A stretch of DNA of 39,382 bases. Source: Escherichia phage LL2. Location of the stretch: the sequence record NC_048063.1; one strand, given 5' to 3'. Positions 36,712 through 39,382 of the stretch are shown piece after piece. How positions within the stretch are numbered: position 1 is the stretch's first letter; the number at the start of each line of letters is the position of its first letter. Below the pieces are notes generated by a model. That model was not told where the DNA came from and ran no database searches. It worked only from the letters and a program-made list of their open reading frames with translations. The position numbers were made by a program, and so were the translations under genes.

Positions 36712-38449
36712 TGCGCTAATCATCGCGCAGCTTAAGGGTGACTTCGTGGCCTTCCTGTTCGTATTGTGGAAGGCTTTGGCTCTCCCGCCGCCGACTAAGT
36801 GTCAGATTGATATGGCCCGGTGTCTGGCTAACGGAGACAACAAGAAGTTTATCCTACAGGCTTTCCGTGGTATCGGTAAGTCATTCATCACCTGTGCGTT
36901 CGTTGTGTGGACGTTATGGCGTGACCCTCAGTTGAAGATACTAATTGTCTCTGCATCCAAAGAACGTGCGGACGCTAACTCCATCTTCATCAAGAACATC
37001 ATTGACCTGCTGCCATTCTTGGCTGAGCTAAAGCCTCGCCCCGGTCAGCGTGACTCTGTGATTAGTTTCGATGTTGGCCCTGCCAAGCCTGACCACTCTC
37101 CGTCTGTGAAGTCGGTGGGTATCACTGGTCAGTTGACTGGTAGTCGTGCTGATATCATCATAGCGGATGACGTTGAGATTCCGTCTAACTCCGCAACTCA
37201 AGGTGCCCGTGAGAAGCTGTGGACTCTGGTGCAGGAATTTGCTGCGCTTCTGAAACCACTGCCGACTTCTCGCGTTATCTACCTTGGCACGCCTCAAACC
37301 GAAATGACCTTGTACAAGGAACTCGAAGATAACCGTGGGTACACCACAATCATCTGGCCTGCGCTCTATCCGCGTAGCCGTGAGGAAGACTTGTATTATG
37401 GCGACCGTCTGGCCCCGATGCTCCGCGAAGAGTTCAACGATGGGTTCGAGATGCTCCAAGGTCAACCGACTGACCCCGTGCGCTTCGATATGGAAGACCT
37501 GCGTGAGCGTGAGTTGGAATACGGTAAGGCTGGCTTCACTTTGCAGTTCATGCTCAACCCGAACCTGAGTGATGCCGAGAAGTACCCCTTACGCCTCCGT
37601 GACGCTATCGTGTGCGGTCTGGACTTCGAGAAAGCCCCAATGCATTACCAGTGGCTTCCGAACCGTCAGAATCGCAATGAAGAGCTACCTAACGTTGGCC
37701 TTAAGGGTGATGATATTCATAGCTATCATTCGTGCAGTCAGAACACTGGACAGTACCAGCAACGCATCCTCGTGATTGACCCTAGTGGTCGAGGTAAGGA
37801 TGAGACTGGTTACGCAGTGTTGTTCACCCTGAATGGCTACATCTATCTGATGGAAGCTGGCGGGTTCCGCGATGGTTATTCCGATAAGACCCTTGAGTCC
37901 CTCGCTAAGAAAGCGAAGCAGTGGAAGGTTCAGACAGTGGTCTTCGAGAGTAACTTCGGGGATGGCATGTTTGGTAAGGTATTCAGCCCTGTGCTCCTGA
38001 AACACCATGCAGCGCAACTTGAAGAGATTCGTGCTCGCGGTATGAAGGAACTACGCATTTGTGATACGCTGGAACCTGTACTCTCTACGCACCGCCTTGT
38101 GATTCGTGACGAGGTGATTCGTGAGGACTACCAGACTGCCCGTGACGCTGATGGCAAGCATGACGTTCGCTATTCGCTGTTCTACCAGTTGACCCGTATG
38201 GCCCGTGAGAAGGGCGCTGTGGCCCACGATGACCGACTTGATGCGTTAGCATTGGGTGTGGAGTTCTTACGCTCTACGATGGAACTGGACGCTGTGAAGG
38301 TGGAGGCTGAGGTGCTTGAGGCATTCTTAGAGGAACACATGGAGCACCCAATCCATTCGGCTGGTCACGTAGTTACCGCTATGGTTGACGGGATGGAACT
38401 CTATTGGGAGGATGACGATGCGAATAGCAACAGGTTCATTGACTGGTAG
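36686..38449 (+). CDS. 19: Terminase large subunit (gene 19)
   Basis: 587 aa versus 586 in T7; ATPase and nuclease motifs; overlaps 18.5 end. Confidence 0.96.
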   Translation: MSDTQANRNALIIAQLKGDFVAFLFVLWKALALPPPTKCQIDMARCLANGDNKKFILQAFRGIGKSFITCAFVVWTLWRDPQLKILIVSASKERADANSIFIKNIIDLLPFLAELKPRPGQRDSVISFDVGPAKPDHSPSVKSVGITGQLTGSRADIIIADDVEIPSNSATQGAREKLWTLVQEFAALLKPLPTSRVIYLGTPQTEMTLYKELEDNRGYTTIIWPALYPRSREEDLYYGDRLAPMLREEFNDGFEMLQGQPTDPVRFDMEDLRERELEYGKAGFTLQFMLNPNLSDAEKYPLRLRDAIVCGLDFEKAPMHYQWLPNRQNRNEELPNVGLKGDDIHSYHSCSQNTGQYQQRILVIDPSGRGKDETGYAVLFTLNGYIYLMEAGGFRDGYSDKTLESLAKKAKQWKVQTVVFESNFGDGMFGKVFSPVLLKHHAAQLEEIRARGMKELRICDTLEPVLSTHRLVIRDEVIREDYQTARDADGKHDVRYSLFYQLTRMAREKGAVAHDDRLDALALGVEFLRSTMELDAVKVEAEVLEAFLEEHMEHPIHSAGHVVTAMVDGMELYWEDDDANSNRFIDW

Positions 38450-38529
38450 TTATGCATATTGAGTGCATAAGGAAGCATTGAGACCACGGATGGTCACTTT
38501 AAGAAACTCCTTAAGAATCAATGAGTTTG

Positions 38530-38552
38530 AATTAACCCTCACTAAAGGGAGA
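38530..38552 (+). promoter_or_regulatory. Phage RNAP promoter phiOR-like, perfect consensus
   Basis: AATTAACCCTCACTAAAGGGAGA after gene 19. Confidence 0.8.
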
Positions 38553-38634
38553 GAGGGGGGCTTAAAGCTATTATATAGGTTAGTCATTCAGGTTATGCAA
38601 TGACCCTTTATGCACTTTAAGTCTACCTCTGTGA

Positions 38635-38658
38635 TTGGTGATATTATCATTGTATAAT
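38635..38658 (+). promoter_or_regulatory. Possible host-type promoter with extended -10 (TGTATAAT)
   Basis: Perfect TATAAT at 38653..38658 preceded by TG; -35 poor (TTGGTG with 12 nt spacing). Confidence 0.25.
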
Positions 38659-38694
38659 CACCCTACCTTAGAGCAACTGAAAGGAGGTGGCTCA

Positions 38695-38844
38695 ATGTTA
38701 CGCTTGCTGATTGCCCTGCTGCGTCATAGAGTCACTTGGCGATTTCTTCTGGTACTTACTGCTACCCTTGGGTACGCAGGTCTTACTGACCACCTCGGTC
38801 AACTGGAAGTGGCCTTTTGCTCTATACTCTCTTGTGGGGATTAA
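38695..38844 (+). CDS. 19.5: Gene 19.5-like small membrane protein, 49 aa
   Basis: MLRLLIALLRHRVTWRFLLVLTATLGYAGLT... closely resembles T7 gp19.5 (MFRLLLNLLRHRVTYRFLVVLCAALGYASLT...); AGGAGG RBS. Confidence 0.7.
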   Translation: MLRLLIALLRHRVTWRFLLVLTATLGYAGLTDHLGQLEVAFCSILSCGD

Positions 38845-38925
38845 ATTATTGTTGATGACCGACAAGCGGCTCTGAGGGATTCGTAGGTATAGTTTCACTA
38901 CACCAACTCATCCCTGTAGAGTCAA

Positions 38926-39382
38926 CCCTAAAGGTTATACCTAAAGATGCCCTGTAGTTCGTAATGGTCTTACAGGGTCTTCTGGTGTCTCCTAGCTATC
39001 CCTTCGGGATGCGCCTATGGTCTCACCTATGGTGTGGCCTTACCTAAAGTGGTTGCCTAAAGAGACCCTTTAAGAATTTACCACAAAAATCTGAATGGGT
39101 ATCTCACAGTTCAAGAACCCAAAGTACCCCCATAGACCTCCTAAAGCCACCTAAAGCCAGCCCTACCCCTAGGGTTTAACCTTCGGTTAACCTTGGGTAT
39201 CTCCTCAAGTGGCCTATAGGATAGCCTAAAGTGTGGCGTAAAGTCAATACCTAAAGTGATGGGTGACTATTGGAGACTTAAAGAGTGTCCTAGTGTACCA
39301 GTTCGATAGTACATCTCTATGTGTCCCTATCTGTTAGCCTCATAAAGTAAACCCTAAAGCCTCCACCTAAAGACCAGACCTA
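38926..39382. repeat. Array of CCTAAAG heptamer-containing short repeats flanking the terminal repeat; continues at 1..45
   Basis: More than ten CCTAAAG occurrences, including the 26-mer AAGCCTCCACCTAAAGACCAGACCTA at 39357..39382, again at 1..26 and partially at 27..43. Confidence 0.6.
39102..39338. repeat. Terminal repeat unit (single copy in this rotated assembly); physical genome left end at about 39102
   Basis: TCTCACAGTTCAAGAACCCAAAGTACCCCCATAG... parallels the T7 left terminus TCTCACAGTGTACGGACCTAAAGTTCCCCCATAG...; GTGTCCCTATCTGTTAGCC parallels the end of the T7 repeat; boundaries inferred by analogy. Confidence 0.5.

Noticed and set aside
36738-37775. Small plus-strand ORFs embedded in alternate frames of the terminase large subunit gene (36738..36935, 37335..37568, 37569..37775)
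   Set aside because: T7 annotations list similar embedded ORFs (19.2, 19.3), but I see no RBS, motif or other support here; treated as frame noise.

Overview
The window is a complete, circularly rotated genome of a strictly lytic T3-like podophage (T7 supergroup). All credible genes are on the + strand in canonical T7 order: early host-takeover genes (0.3 SAM-cleaving enzyme, 0.7 kinase, gene 1 RNA polymerase), DNA metabolism (ligase, SSB, endonuclease I, lysozyme, primase-helicase, DNA polymerase, exonuclease), then structural, lysis and packaging genes (portal, scaffold, capsid 10A/10B, tail tube 11/12, internal core 13-16, tail fibre 17, holin, Rz/Rz1, terminase 18/19). I found 15 copies of the T3-type phage promoter (core CCCTCACTAA(A/C)(G/A)GGA), three sigma70-like host promoters at the left end, seven copies of an RNase III-site hairpin repeat, the T-phi terminator after gene 10, and the terminal-repeat region with a CCTAAAG heptamer array straddling the window ends. 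Features that depart from the canonical T7 map are three freestanding HNH endonuclease genes, a lambda-Tfa-like tail-fibre assembly chaperone gene after gene 17, and several small early ORFs of unknown function. I see no single obviously novel multi-gene system; the best candidates for new biology are the fibre/chaperone module and the uncharacterised early ORFs. All homology calls rest on reading the translations and recalling T7/T3 proteins and motifs; no database search was run.
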